A DNA stretch of 64,000 nt, from NCBI GenBank assembly GCA_963700635.1, contig CAVOYH010000001.1:352001-416000 (forward strand). The letters run 5' to 3'. Under the pieces are notes generated by a model. The model saw nothing but the letters and a program-made list of their open reading frames with translations. It was not told the DNA's origin and ran no database searches. This DNA is from an uncultured Bacteroidota bacterium (lineage in GTDB: Bacteria > Bacteroidota > Ignavibacteria > UBA10030 > UBA6906). Numbering within the stretch: the stretch's first letter is position 1; the number at the start of each line of letters is the position of its first letter. This document shows, in pieces, positions 19,865 to 30,358 of the stretch. The position numbers and the translations under genes were made by a program.

Positions 19865-22723
19865 TTACCCCCGTGTTGCTCTCTCGACCAGGTAGAGGAT
19901 CGATTGGTACTGCACTCCGCTGTGCAGTGACAGACCGATCTCGCAGGTGCGGCTCGTGGAGTAACCGCCTTCGCAGGTATCGGGGATGCTCTCCTTCAAC
20001 GGCGCGAGCGCGGCGGCGTTGAGTTCGGGCACGGTAAAACCACGGTCTCCTGCCCATCCGCAGCATTCAACGCCCTGCGGCACGATCACCCGTTCCGCAC
20101 ACAATTCGGCAACCTTCTGCAAACGTGACGCCAGCCCCATTTTCTCCGCGCTGCAGGTTGTATGAACCGCCACGGTGATGGGCAGCCGCCTGATCGTCAG
20201 CCGCGGAACCACATGCTCGAGTACAAAATCAACAGGTTCCATCATGCGTATGCCGGAGGTGAAGGTTTCCTTCATCCGGTAGAGGCAGGGGCTCATATCC
20301 ACCAGAACCGGGAGTACGCCGTTCCGGGAGGCGCGGAGCAGTTCCAGTTCCAATTCTTTTGCTTTTGCGTCACCCTGGCGCTTGAACCCTTTGCTGGCGA
20401 ACGCCATGCCGCAGCAGAGTTCATCAACATGATCCGGCACGATCACGTTGATTCCGGCTCTCTGCAGGAGCTCGACGACGACCGCCGGGAGTGATCGCTG
20501 ATCGGCATCATCGCGGGCCGGGCCCATGGTACGATTGATGCAACTCGGGAAATATACTACGGAGGGGGATTCTCCGGCGCGATCAGCAGTCCCGGTCCGC
20601 CCGTCTATGGCCTTCACATGGCCGGGAGTTCGTATCCGGTGCGCTCCGCGGGGCATGGCGGGATTCCAGAGCGGAACCACGCCGCCGGAGAGCGCGCGTA
20701 ACCCCCGGGAAAAGAATGTCATGATAGACGTGCCGATGACACGGTGCACAAAATGAACAAGATCAAGTCCCACGCGCATGACGCCTGTGACCAGAGCCAT
20801 ACGCTCTGCCAGAAGTGTGGCGATACTGTTTGCCGTGGGGCCGTGGTTCTGCAGGCGGAGATCTTTGACCAGTGTTCCGGTATCAATCCCCACCGGACAG
20901 CTTACGGCACACAATCCGTCCGTGGCGCAGGTTTGTTCACCATCATAGACAAATGACTCCTGAAACCGTGCCAGACGCGCCGCGTCCTCACGGGTCGCGT
21001 GCAGACGGGCGATTTCTCTATACGCAACGATCCGCTGCCGGGGAGTGAGCGTCAGCGTCCGCGAAGGGCAGTGTACTTCACAGAACCCGCACTCGATGCA
21101 CTTGTCAATGACGGGGTGCGCCACCGGCATCGGTTTGAAATTCTTGAGGTGTGCCTGAGGATCGGGATTCAGGATCACGCCGGGATTCAACAACCCTTCG
21201 GGATCGAAGATCGTCTTGATTTCCTGCATGAGCGCATAGGCCTCGGCGCCCCATTCCAGTTCGACGAATGGCGCCATGTTCCGGCCCGTTCCATGCTCTG
21301 CCTTCAGGGATCCATCATACGTATGAACAACCATGTGTGAGACGTCGTCGAGGAAGGCCCGGTATCGCTGGACTTCTAACGAGGTGGAGAATTCCTGCGT
21401 AAAGACAAAATGGAGGTTTCCTTCCAGGGCATGTCCGAAGATGATCGCTTCGTCATAGTGGTGTTTGCGGAAGAGCGCCTGAAGGTCGAGGGTTGCCTGG
21501 GCGAGACGGGGGACGGGGAAGGCCACGTCTTCTATAATAACCGTGGTTCCGGATTCACGCATGGCTCCCACCGAGGGAAACAGCCCCTTGCGGATATTCC
21601 AGAGTGCCGTAAACTCGGCCGGATCGGACGTGAATGTAAGGGGACGGACCCTGGGGATATGATCCAGGACAGTCGTGATCTGTTCTATCTGGCCGGCGAG
21701 CATATCTGCTCCGGGCGCGCGGGTTTCCACCAGCAGAGCCGCAACCTGTTCGCCAAGACCTTTGAGGTACTCAGGCATCCCTGCCTTCGATTGTACCGAT
21801 CGCAGGGCAGCGCGATCCATCAACTCCACAGCATCCACCGGCGCCTGCTTTAACACGCTCACTGCCGTACATGCGGTGTGAATATCCGGAAACAGCATCA
21901 ATGCGCTTGCTTTGTGTGGATGCTCGGGGACCGTATGGTATTCGACCTCCGCAATGAACCCGAGTGTGCCTTCGGAACCGATCATCAAGTGCTGAATGAT
22001 GTCGATGGGATCGTCAAAGTCGACGAGGGCGTTCAGACTGTATCCGGTGGTGTTCTTCATCATAAATTTGCGGCGGATACGGTCTGCAAGGGGTTGATTC
22101 GCCTTCACCCGGCTGGCGAGTCCGGCAATAGACGCCAGCATCTGATGATGCGTGACAAGAAACGCTTGAGTGGATTCCCTGGACGTGGTATCAAGAAGTG
22201 AGCCGTCAGCGAAAATGATTCTCATTCCCGAAAGGGTACGATAGCTGTTCTGCGCGGTTCCGCAGCACATCCCGCTGGCGTTGTTGGCGGCAATACCGCC
22301 GATCATGGCTGCGTTGATGGAGGCAGGGTCGGGACCGATCTTTTTTCCGTGTGGCGCGAGATAGATATTGGCATGAGCGCCGATGATGCCCGGCTGAAGG
22401 CGGATCCTGGAGGCATCCTCGTTGATCGACCACCGGTTCCATCGCTCTCCCAGGACAACAAGCAGGGAGTCTGAAATTGCCTGGCCGGACAGGCTCGTCC
22501 CCGCAGCGCGAAATGTCAACGGCAGCATGTTCTTCTCCGCTTCACGGAGGATTATGGCAACTTCTTCTTCTGACTCAACTTTGATAACCAGCCTGGGAAC
22601 GAGCCTGTAGAAGCTGGCATCGGTGCCATAGGCGAGTGTCCGCAACTCATCCTGAATAAGGCGTGCAGGAGGGACGATCATCGAAACAGACTTGTAGAAC
22701 AAGGCGTACTTGTCAGTAAGCAT
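19865..22723 (-). CDS. FAD- and Fe-S-binding oxidoreductase, Dld-II-type D-lactate dehydrogenase
   Basis: YGTDASFYRL, RAAGTSLSGQA, GSEGTL, KAEHGTGRNMAP, CIECGFCEVHCP and CCG domains. Confidence 0.85.
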   Translation of the reverse strand: MLTDKYALFYKSVSMIVPPARLIQDELRTLAYGTDASFYRLVPRLVIKVESEEEVAIILREAEKNMLPLTFRAAGTSLSGQAISDSLLVVLGERWNRWSINEDASRIRLQPGIIGAHANIYLAPHGKKIGPDPASINAAMIGGIAANNASGMCCGTAQNSYRTLSGMRIIFADGSLLDTTSRESTQAFLVTHHQMLASIAGLASRVKANQPLADRIRRKFMMKNTTGYSLNALVDFDDPIDIIQHLMIGSEGTLGFIAEVEYHTVPEHPHKASALMLFPDIHTACTAVSVLKQAPVDAVELMDRAALRSVQSKAGMPEYLKGLGEQVAALLVETRAPGADMLAGQIEQITTVLDHIPRVRPLTFTSDPAEFTALWNIRKGLFPSVGAMRESGTTVIIEDVAFPVPRLAQATLDLQALFRKHHYDEAIIFGHALEGNLHFVFTQEFSTSLEVQRYRAFLDDVSHMVVHTYDGSLKAEHGTGRNMAPFVELEWGAEAYALMQEIKTIFDPEGLLNPGVILNPDPQAHLKNFKPMPVAHPVIDKCIECGFCEVHCPSRTLTLTPRQRIVAYREIARLHATREDAARLARFQESFVYDGEQTCATDGLCAVSCPVGIDTGTLVKDLRLQNHGPTANSIATLLAERMALVTGVMRVGLDLVHFVHRVIGTSIMTFFSRGLRALSGGVVPLWNPAMPRGAHRIRTPGHVKAIDGRTGTADRAGESPSVVYFPSCINRTMGPARDDADQRSLPAVVVELLQRAGINVIVPDHVDELCCGMAFASKGFKRQGDAKAKELELELLRASRNGVLPVLVDMSPCLYRMKETFTSGIRMMEPVDFVLEHVVPRLTIRRLPITVAVHTTCSAEKMGLASRLQKVAELCAERVIVPQGVECCGWAGDRGFTVPELNAAALAPLKESIPDTCEGGYSTSRTCEIGLSLHSGVQYQSILYLVERATRG

Positions 22724-22921
22724 GATGGTCTTTCGGGTGGGGATGTATAGGATAAATATAGTAAAAAATAGATGAACTGTCGAACCGGGCTGCGTCTCCC
22801 CACCCTGCTTCTAGTACTACACAACGGAGGCAGATAGTACGAACTTCACACTGTTTGATTCTTTCTGAAAACGGGTGTAGATTGGATCGAAACCAGGAGT
22901 AGTAATAACGGAATCACCGCT

Positions 22922-24535
22922 TTGACCTCTCTCTCCGGCGCAGGAAGCGCACCGCGAAGGCTCGGCATCGTCCTGGTGCTTCTTGTCATACTTCCGCTTG
23001 TGTTCTATAGTGCGTACGAGATTACTGCTCTCTCGGAAGGGGAGGAGCTCATGCGGGAGATGTACCGGCGCCAGCTTGACGCGATCCTTTTTTCCCTCAA
23101 CCAGCATGCATGGGATGTATGTTCGCACTGGGCGACTCAACTCGACGTCACACTCCTCGATAAGGCACAGGCGGATCGTGCTGTGCTGACAGCGTACCTT
23201 GGCCGGACGCCTGCGCTTGAAGCCGTTGTCCTTGCAGATTCCTCACTCAGGCAGCTGACGATCTTCCGTCCGGGCGCAGATACAGCGGGGACACCCGGTC
23301 CCGGCAGAATCCACGAACTGCTCGCAGCGGCGCGGCCCCGGTTGGATGCGCTGCTCCGCTTCCAGCGACTCGATTACAGAAAACTTGAGCCCTTTGTGCT
23401 TCCCGATACCGCTGGTGGTGACGGCCGGATTCTGATTGTGTTTTCCCGGGGGATGTCGCAGGGTGAGCTCGCGTTCGCCGGGCTTCTCTTCCGGGAGCGG
23501 CAGTTTATCGACCGAATAATATCGCCGAAACTGGCTGATGTGTCAGCCGGAGAATTCCTCCTTGGCATCTTCCGCAGGGGAGAGATCCGCCCGGTGACTG
23601 CGTCAGGTCCTGTGCCGGAGCTCTCGGAATTTCAGCGCCGGGACCTGTGGCTTCTCCCCGGGCACGAAATTGGCATCCGGCTCCAGGGGACCACTGTTGA
23701 TGAGGTTGTGCGCGCCCGATTCCAGAGAAATCTTTTCCTGATTGTTGTTCTTGATATCATACTTCTCGCGGGCGCCCTCTTGATCTACCGGAACGTGCGC
23801 ACACAGACGGAGCTTGCACGTGCAAAATCAGCGTTTGTCTCGAATGTCTCCCATGAGCTCCGGACCCCCCTCGCGCTGATCCGGATGTTCGCAGAGACGC
23901 TTGAAATGGGGAGGCTGAAGGATGAGGTGAAGAAGCAGGAGTACTATGCGACCATCGTCCGTGAAGCGGACCGCCTCAGTCATCTTGTGAATACCATCCT
24001 CAACTTCTCGCGCATGGAGGCCGGAAAACGTCCGTATACATTCCGGTCCATTGATCTCAACGAAATTCTCCGGTCCGTCCTTGACACCTACCGGCTTCAT
24101 CTGGAACAACACGGCATCCAGCCGGTGATCGGTTTTTCCGCCGTGCCGGTTCGAATCTCCGCTGACGCCGATGCGGTGACCGAAGCCATCATCAATCTCC
24201 TCGACAACGGCATCAAGTACTCCGGATCATCAAAGTATCTTGCGGCCCGTACGCTTCTGCAGGACGGCAAGGGGGTGGTCGAGATCGAGGATCACGGCAT
24301 CGGGATTGCCCCGGAACATCAGAAAAAGATTTTTGAGGTGTTCTATCGTGTGCCTGCAGGCATGGTCCACGAGACAAAGGGGAGCGGTTTAGGTCTCTCG
24401 CTGGTGAACCATATTCTGACGGCTCACAATGGCACGGTGGAAGTGATCAGCAAAGAGGGAGAGGGAAGCACATTCCGTCTCCTTTTCCCGATTGAGAAAC
24501 CGGATCACAATGAACCAACACGGAAGGACCCGTGA
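22922..24535 (+). CDS. Membrane sensor histidine kinase
   Basis: Two TM segments; H-box SHELRTPL, N-box NLLDNGIKY, DHGIGI and GSGLGL. Confidence 0.93.
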   Translation: MTSLSGAGSAPRRLGIVLVLLVILPLVFYSAYEITALSEGEELMREMYRRQLDAILFSLNQHAWDVCSHWATQLDVTLLDKAQADRAVLTAYLGRTPALEAVVLADSSLRQLTIFRPGADTAGTPGPGRIHELLAAARPRLDALLRFQRLDYRKLEPFVLPDTAGGDGRILIVFSRGMSQGELAFAGLLFRERQFIDRIISPKLADVSAGEFLLGIFRRGEIRPVTASGPVPELSEFQRRDLWLLPGHEIGIRLQGTTVDEVVRARFQRNLFLIVVLDIILLAGALLIYRNVRTQTELARAKSAFVSNVSHELRTPLALIRMFAETLEMGRLKDEVKKQEYYATIVREADRLSHLVNTILNFSRMEAGKRPYTFRSIDLNEILRSVLDTYRLHLEQHGIQPVIGFSAVPVRISADADAVTEAIINLLDNGIKYSGSSKYLAARTLLQDGKGVVEIEDHGIGIAPEHQKKIFEVFYRVPAGMVHETKGSGLGLSLVNHILTAHNGTVEVISKEGEGSTFRLLFPIEKPDHNEPTRKDP

Positions 24536-25218
24536 TGGAGCAGATTCTCATCATTGAAGACGATCCTTCGATGCAAACCGGCCTGCGTGACAACCTGGAA
24601 CTTGAAGGGTACGCGGTGACGGTGGCAGGTGACGGCAGGGAGGGATTGCGGGTATTGCTGGAGCATCCCCCGGATCTTGTTGTGCTGGATGTTATGCTCC
24701 CTTCGATGTCCGGCTTCGATGTGCTGAAGCAGGCAAGGGCGCGCGGAATCACAGTGCCGGTTATTTTGCTGACTGCCAAAGGTGAGGAGATTGACAAGGT
24801 TCTGGGACTCGAACTTGGGGCCGATGACTACATCACAAAACCATTCAGCCTCCGGGAACTCCTTGCGAGGGTTAAAGCCGTACTCCGGCGCGGACAGAGT
24901 GGCGGGGCTTCAGGGTCGGTTCAGGCCGTCATCGGCCAACTCTCTGTGGATTTCTCCGCGTATGCAGCGCGCCGGGGTGAAACATCCATTGACATGACCC
25001 CGAAAGAGTGTGAAGTCCTGAAGTATCTCTGGGAGCACCGTAACCAGACCGTGAGCCGGGATCAGCTTCTGACGCACGTCTGGGGGTATGATGAGAGTCT
25101 GAGCACACGGACCGTGGATAATTTTATCCTCCGGTTGCGTCAAAAGATTGAAGCCGATCCGGCGCATCCAAAACATATCCTGACAATCCACGGGGCGGGG
25201 TACAAACTTATCGCCTGA
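24532..25218 (+). CDS. OmpR/PhoB-family response regulator
   Basis: IIEDD, LDVMLP, LTAK and GADDYITKPF motifs; winged-helix RTVDNFI.RLRQKIE. Confidence 0.95.
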   Translation: MMEQILIIEDDPSMQTGLRDNLELEGYAVTVAGDGREGLRVLLEHPPDLVVLDVMLPSMSGFDVLKQARARGITVPVILLTAKGEEIDKVLGLELGADDYITKPFSLRELLARVKAVLRRGQSGGASGSVQAVIGQLSVDFSAYAARRGETSIDMTPKECEVLKYLWEHRNQTVSRDQLLTHVWGYDESLSTRTVDNFILRLRQKIEADPAHPKHILTIHGAGYKLIA

Positions 25219-25255
25219 GAGACGCCGGTGTGTTCTCCGCACCGGCGATGGTGTC

Positions 25256-25272
25256 TGTGACATCTTGTGACA
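25256..25272 (+). promoter_or_regulatory. Tandem direct repeat TGTGACA x2 at 10-bp spacing, candidate OmpR-type binding site
   Basis: TGTGACA at 25256 and 25266, between the regulator gene and the downstream operon. Confidence 0.5.
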
Positions 25273-25372
25273 TTTCTTTACGCCGGCGCGACATCTTTGA
25301 AATCGTATGGTCGTACACTGTTCTGCAGGCATCACCGAAGAGCACATTCACCATACGGTTAGGAGGTTAGTC

Positions 25373-25819
25373 ATGAAACGGTTACTCTTGGTCGCGACGG
25401 CAAGCTTGATCGTAACATCAGGCATAATGGCGCAGAATCAATACTTCTCGACAGCGGAGCGCCACAAAGAGGCAAATCTGAAGGATGTGGAAAAACGCTA
25501 CGTGCAGTGCCTTGGGGAGGAAAATGCCGGTGTTGTTCAGTCGGCTCTGGCCCATGCCGTGCATATGAAACTGCTCTTCCCCGCGAGGGAATTCCCGGAT
25601 CTCACGGCAAAAGTGAATTCTCTCGCCGCCACAAGCGGGCTCCCTGCGATCCGGTACAGGGCATATCTATCGAGTCTGGTGTTTGACAATCCGGCCCTCT
25701 TCACTGTCGAACACAAAGCCGCGTACGAAGATCCGGACGACTTGTTCTCGGCTCTCGCCACGCGTGTGCAGGTGACGCTGCTGGGAAAAGGCGAGGGAAA
25801 ATATGTCCGGGCAGAGTAA
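25373..25819 (+). CDS. Hypothetical exported helical protein
   Basis: AGGAGG RBS before MKRLLLV; signal peptide; no recognised domain. Confidence 0.75.
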   Translation: MKRLLLVATASLIVTSGIMAQNQYFSTAERHKEANLKDVEKRYVQCLGEENAGVVQSALAHAVHMKLLFPAREFPDLTAKVNSLAATSGLPAIRYRAYLSSLVFDNPALFTVEHKAAYEDPDDLFSALATRVQVTLLGKGEGKYVRAE

Positions 25820-25820
25820 G

Positions 25821-26909
25821 ATGACTCCCCTCACCTCAGCCCCCTGGCACAAAACCCTTGCGGCAGTGCTGCCTGGACTCCTTCTTATGCTGTCAGTTTC
25901 GGCATCATTCGGGCAGGATCTCAGAACGGTGCTCGACCTGTGCGGACAATGGAAGTTCGAAGTGGGAGATAATCTGCGCTGGGCCGAGCCTTCATATTCT
26001 GACAAAGACTGGGTATCCATTACGGTGCCGGCACAATGGGAAACCCAGGGATTTCCCGGATACGACGGGTATGCATGGTACCGGCTGACTTTTGATGCTC
26101 CGAAGGAATGGTCTTCCAGGCGTCTCTATCTGGATCTGGGCCTTGTGGATGACGTTGACGAAGTGTTTCTAAACGGAAATTTTATCGGGTGGAATGGGTC
26201 GTTTCCTCCTCATTATATTACAGCCTACAACAATCCGCGTCTTTATCCAATTGTACCCGGCACGCTCATTCCCGGGGAGAAAAACGTCCTGGCGGTAAGG
26301 GTGTACGATAACGAGATGGGGGGTGGAATTATTCGCGGGAACATATCGATTCTCGAGGACATCGCTCCTCTGATTCCTGACCAGTCTCTGGAGGGGTATT
26401 GGAAGTTCAAGACCGGTGATGATCTCGCATGGATCGAGCCGGGTCTGGCCGACAGAAAATGGGAATCGGTCAGAGTGCCTTCTTACTGGGAAACCCAGGG
26501 GCATCGCAACTATGACGGATTCGCCTGGTATCGCCATACCTTCCGGGTTCCTGGACAACTAGCCGGGGAGCGCCTGATTCTCTTCATGGGAAAGATTGAC
26601 GATTTTGATGAAGTGTACCTGAATGGCCAGCGGATCGGTCGTACCGGTAACTTTGGCGGGATCGGCGAAGCGCAGGGACCGGATGATTCATATAGCCAGT
26701 GGCGGGCATACACCATCCCGACCGGGTTGTTACGTTCCAACTCGGACAATGTTCTTGCGGTTCGGGTGCTGGATCGGTTTTGGCACGGGGGTATCTACGA
26801 AGGACCTGTCGGCCTCGTTAGAAGGGACAAATACATGGATTGGGAGTCCAGATCCGCCCAGAAGCAGAAGAAGAGTCCCTGGCGCTTTCTTGAGTGGCTT
26901 TTTGACTAG
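25821..26909 (+). CDS. Exported protein with two tandem galactose-binding-like (beta-galactosidase jelly-roll) domains
   Basis: Internal duplication WKF..GD...W......D..W....VP..WETQG...YDG.AWYR..F...DD.DEV.LNG...N.LAVRV.D...GGI. Confidence 0.8.
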   Translation: MTPLTSAPWHKTLAAVLPGLLLMLSVSASFGQDLRTVLDLCGQWKFEVGDNLRWAEPSYSDKDWVSITVPAQWETQGFPGYDGYAWYRLTFDAPKEWSSRRLYLDLGLVDDVDEVFLNGNFIGWNGSFPPHYITAYNNPRLYPIVPGTLIPGEKNVLAVRVYDNEMGGGIIRGNISILEDIAPLIPDQSLEGYWKFKTGDDLAWIEPGLADRKWESVRVPSYWETQGHRNYDGFAWYRHTFRVPGQLAGERLILFMGKIDDFDEVYLNGQRIGRTGNFGGIGEAQGPDDSYSQWRAYTIPTGLLRSNSDNVLAVRVLDRFWHGGIYEGPVGLVRRDKYMDWESRSAQKQKKSPWRFLEWLFD

Positions 26910-26962
26910 CCTAAAATTTGCTCATCCCTGACTGCAACTTTTTCCCACCGTTTATCGTATTC

Positions 26963-27065
26963 TGACCAACAGTCATTTAATAGGTTAATGTAAATTAATT
27001 GTTCAGGATATTGACAAATGTCTCTTTCTTCCTTAGATTGTCCCGTATAAAATGACTAACAGTCA
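26963..27065 (+). promoter_or_regulatory. Promoter and two palindromic operators of the TetR-RND operon
   Basis: TGACCAACAGTCA (26963-26975) and TGACTAACAGTCA (27053-27065) flank TTGACA(27011)-17 nt-TAGATT(27034). Confidence 0.75.
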
Positions 27066-27085
27066 ATAATTAAACGGACGAATAC

Positions 27086-27778
27086 ATGGGAATTCAAGAG
27101 AGAAAAGAGAGAGAAAAAGAAGCCCGCCGGGAGGAGATACTCGCTGCGGCAGAGAAGGTGTTCTTTGAGAAGGGTCTGGCAACGACCACGGTGGATGAGA
27201 TCGCCCAGGCAGCAGAGCTGAGCAAAGGAACCCTCTACCTTTACTACCGAAGCAAAGAAGATCTGTATCTCGCCGTGGCAAGCCGCGGCCTGGAGGTTAT
27301 GCACGAAATGTTTGTGCGCGCCATTTCCACGGATGAACACACCATCAAACGGATCATTAATCTCGAAGAAGCGTACTACCAATTTTTCCAGCGGCATCAG
27401 GACTACTTCAGGATGTTCTACTTTTTCGAGAATCCTCAGTTTCACACAATGGTTTCGAGTGAGATGATGGAGCAGTGCCTGGTAAAGGACAAGCAGATAT
27501 GGGAGTTGGTGTCGGACCTGTTCAAACAGGCTATTCAGGAAGGGTTGTTCCATGCCAGGCTGGAACCTCTGGAGGTGGGCATCATACTCTGGTCCAACGC
27601 GAACGGATTTCTTCGCCTGCTGGACCGGAATGATACACACTGGAACATGGTCATGAATGTTGATCTGCGCAAGACCCTGTGGAAATCCAATGCACTGTTG
27701 CTGGAAGCCATGATGACAGAGGACGCGCAGAAACTGTACGGGAGACTCATCCCGTACTTTGAGCCCAAGGTAACATAA
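27086..27778 (+). CDS. TetR/AcrR-family transcriptional regulator
   Basis: [13 protein letters not shown]...[27 protein letters not shown] helix-turn-helix. Confidence 0.95.
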   Translation: MGIQERKEREKEARREEILAAAEKVFFEKGLATTTVDEIAQAAELSKGTLYLYYRSKEDLYLAVASRGLEVMHEMFVRAISTDEHTIKRIINLEEAYYQFFQRHQDYFRMFYFFENPQFHTMVSSEMMEQCLVKDKQIWELVSDLFKQAIQEGLFHARLEPLEVGIILWSNANGFLRLLDRNDTHWNMVMNVDLRKTLWKSNALLLEAMMTEDAQKLYGRLIPYFEPKVT

Positions 27779-27790
27779 GGAGAAGGAGTA

Positions 27791-29191
27791 ATGAAAAGAG
27801 TTGGGGTTGGCCTGATTCTGGCCATCATCACCGTCACCGCATCCGGTCAGGAACGATTAACTCTTAATGCCGCCGTCCAGACCGCCTTGCAGCGAAACCA
27901 GACACTGCTCGGTGCGGTGCACGACAGGGATGCTTCACGATGGGGAAAATGGAATGCCGTGACGAATTTTCTGCCCAGGGTGGAACTCAGCGGAAGTCTG
28001 ACGCGGATCGACCCTTCGTCGGAACGCCAGGCAAACGCCGCGATCGATTTTATCAAGGGCGCCGCGGGTTCCCTTGGTATCCCGAACGAGGCACTTTCGG
28101 ACATTAAACCATTTGCATACCGTGACACGTACGCCGCCGACATTACTGTCGTCCAGCCCATCTACAACGGTGGTGCAGAGCTTGTCGGACTCTCTGCAGC
28201 GAATGCCCTCGAGGACAAAAGTGTCTCCGCACTTGAGGACACCGAGCAGGATGTTATTGCCCGGGCAAAAACAGCCTACTACGGTGTTTTGAAAGCCAAT
28301 GAACTGGTGGCTCTCGCCCGCGATGCCGTTGCGCGCACACGGCGCCACCTTGAACTCACCTCCCGCCGGGCCGCTGTTGGCATGCGTACCCGCACCGACA
28401 TCCTGCGGTGGGAAGTCCAGCTTGCATCCGATGAAGGGACGCTCATACAGGCGGAGAACGGGCTTGCCATCGCACGGCTGTCCCTGAACGAAGTCATGGG
28501 GGTAAATCTCCGTTCAGAGTTCGTTCTCGAGTCAGCCGCAATGGCTGATTCCGGAGGTTCACTCATCGCGGCCAGAACCGGGGATAATCTTCTTGTTTCG
28601 CTGGAGACATTGCCGCCGGAATCTAATGGTGCCGCCGAACTGCTCTCACATCACCCCTCGATGCGCATGATGGAGGCGAATCTCCGGCTGGCTGACGTCG
28701 GGATCGATCAGGCCTGGGTGAATTTTAAACCCCGCATCAATGTCGCATTCCAGTATGGATGGGAGAGAAACAATACGCTCAAACTCGACGGTATCACTCC
28801 CTGGGCGCTGGCCCTGCAGGTACGATTTCCCATCTTCAACAGCTTCGGAGACTACACGAATCTGCAAAAAGCGCATGCGGAATACTCCAGCGCGCAGAAC
28901 CAGGTGGAAGTGTTTCGACGCGGACTCGTGCTGCAGGCAACATATGCAGAACTGAACGTTCGTGCTGCCCAGAAACGTATTGACATCACCCGGAAGGCGG
29001 AACGCGAAGCCCGGGAGGTTCTGGACGCCGTCACCCTGCGGTATGAATCCGGCGGGGCATCAAACGTGGATGTGATTGATGTGCAAACCGCCTACACATC
29101 CGCCCGTGCAAATGCGATCACGGCGATGTACGATTACTACATCGCGAGTGTCCAGCAGGCGCGGGCCACGGGTACTGTCCGCCCGGGCTGA
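27791..29191 (+). CDS. TolC-family outer membrane efflux protein
   Basis: Signal peptide and two OEP repeats (QPIYNGG; FPIFNSF...RYESG...DVIDVQ). Confidence 0.9.
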   Translation: MKRVGVGLILAIITVTASGQERLTLNAAVQTALQRNQTLLGAVHDRDASRWGKWNAVTNFLPRVELSGSLTRIDPSSERQANAAIDFIKGAAGSLGIPNEALSDIKPFAYRDTYAADITVVQPIYNGGAELVGLSAANALEDKSVSALEDTEQDVIARAKTAYYGVLKANELVALARDAVARTRRHLELTSRRAAVGMRTRTDILRWEVQLASDEGTLIQAENGLAIARLSLNEVMGVNLRSEFVLESAAMADSGGSLIAARTGDNLLVSLETLPPESNGAAELLSHHPSMRMMEANLRLADVGIDQAWVNFKPRINVAFQYGWERNNTLKLDGITPWALALQVRFPIFNSFGDYTNLQKAHAEYSSAQNQVEVFRRGLVLQATYAELNVRAAQKRIDITRKAEREAREVLDAVTLRYESGGASNVDVIDVQTAYTSARANAITAMYDYYIASVQQARATGTVRPG

Positions 29192-29233
29192 AAAAATCCG
29201 ACAACCGATAACGAGAGACCCTAAGGAGCAAGT

Positions 29234-30337
29234 ATGAAACCCCGATCCCGTTTTTTGATCATCGTCGTCATAGGCCTGGTGCTTGTTGTTGCCGCCTTCA
29301 TGATGACCTCACAGCCGGGCCAGGCTGACGCTGCAAAGGCGCAGGCCAGCGCTACCCCTGTCGAACTCGCCGCTGCTGCCATTGCCGATATCGAGGAGAC
29401 CATCTCCGCGGTGGGCACCGTGGAAGCCATGCGCGATGTCATGGTCAGTTCAGAAACTGCAGGCCGCGTGATTGCCGTGAACGTGAACGTCGGCGATTTT
29501 GTCCGGAAGGGCCAGACACTCGTTCAGGTGGATGCGGAACTGAAAGAAGTGGCCGTGCAACAGGCCCGCGCCCAGCTTCTTGCCGCAAAAACAAACATGG
29601 AAAAGGCCAAAAAGGACTTTGAGCGAACCGAGACGCTGTTCGCCTCGGGCGATGTGGCAGACGTTGAACGCGAAGGATACCGGCTCGCGTATCATTCCGC
29701 CGAAGCGCAGTATCAGTCGGCGGTCGCCGGTGCCCGCTATGCCGGACGCCAGCTTGCGGACACCCGCATCGCCTCTCCCGTCAACGGTCTGGTTGCCTCC
29801 CGCCGTGTGGAAACGGGCGAAATGGTGACCCCGGGCCGCGACGTGGCAAATATCGTTGACATCGCCTCGGTGAAAGTAGGACTCAGCATTCCGGAGGACG
29901 ATGTTGTCAAACTGCGGGTGGGCCAGAAAACCACTGTGAAGATAGATGCCTATCCCGGCGAACAGTTCGAAGGGAAAGTCCATACGATAAGCGCAAAATC
30001 CGGGAGCCCGAACGGACATTCATACCCGGTGGAAATACTGATTCAGAACCGCCAGGCATCTCCCCTGAAAGTCGGGATGTTCGCCCGCGTTGATATCCGG
30101 GCCAGCGCGGCGAGCGGGGTTGTGACCATAGCCAAGGAAGCCCTGCTGGAAGAAAACGGAAAGACTTCCGTGTTCGTTGCAGAGAACGGGCTGGCGCGTT
30201 CCCGCCCGGTGAAAATCGGACTTCAGGGAGAAACACTCGTCCAGGTTCTGGATGGGATCCGGAAGGGTGATCTTGTTGTGACGTTCGGCCATAAAACGCT
30301 TAAAGATGGTGCCACCATCACGTTTAATGCACAGTAG
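29234..30337 (+). CDS. RND efflux periplasmic adaptor (MFP)
   Basis: N-terminal TM, VNVGDFVRKGQ.L, IASPVNG and LKVGMFARV motifs. Confidence 0.93.
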   Translation: MKPRSRFLIIVVIGLVLVVAAFMMTSQPGQADAAKAQASATPVELAAAAIADIEETISAVGTVEAMRDVMVSSETAGRVIAVNVNVGDFVRKGQTLVQVDAELKEVAVQQARAQLLAAKTNMEKAKKDFERTETLFASGDVADVEREGYRLAYHSAEAQYQSAVAGARYAGRQLADTRIASPVNGLVASRRVETGEMVTPGRDVANIVDIASVKVGLSIPEDDVVKLRVGQKTTVKIDAYPGEQFEGKVHTISAKSGSPNGHSYPVEILIQNRQASPLKVGMFARVDIRASAASGVVTIAKEALLEENGKTSVFVAENGLARSRPVKIGLQGETLVQVLDGIRKGDLVVTFGHKTLKDGATITFNAQ

Positions 30338-30358
30338 TCGGAAACGGATAAGAGAACA

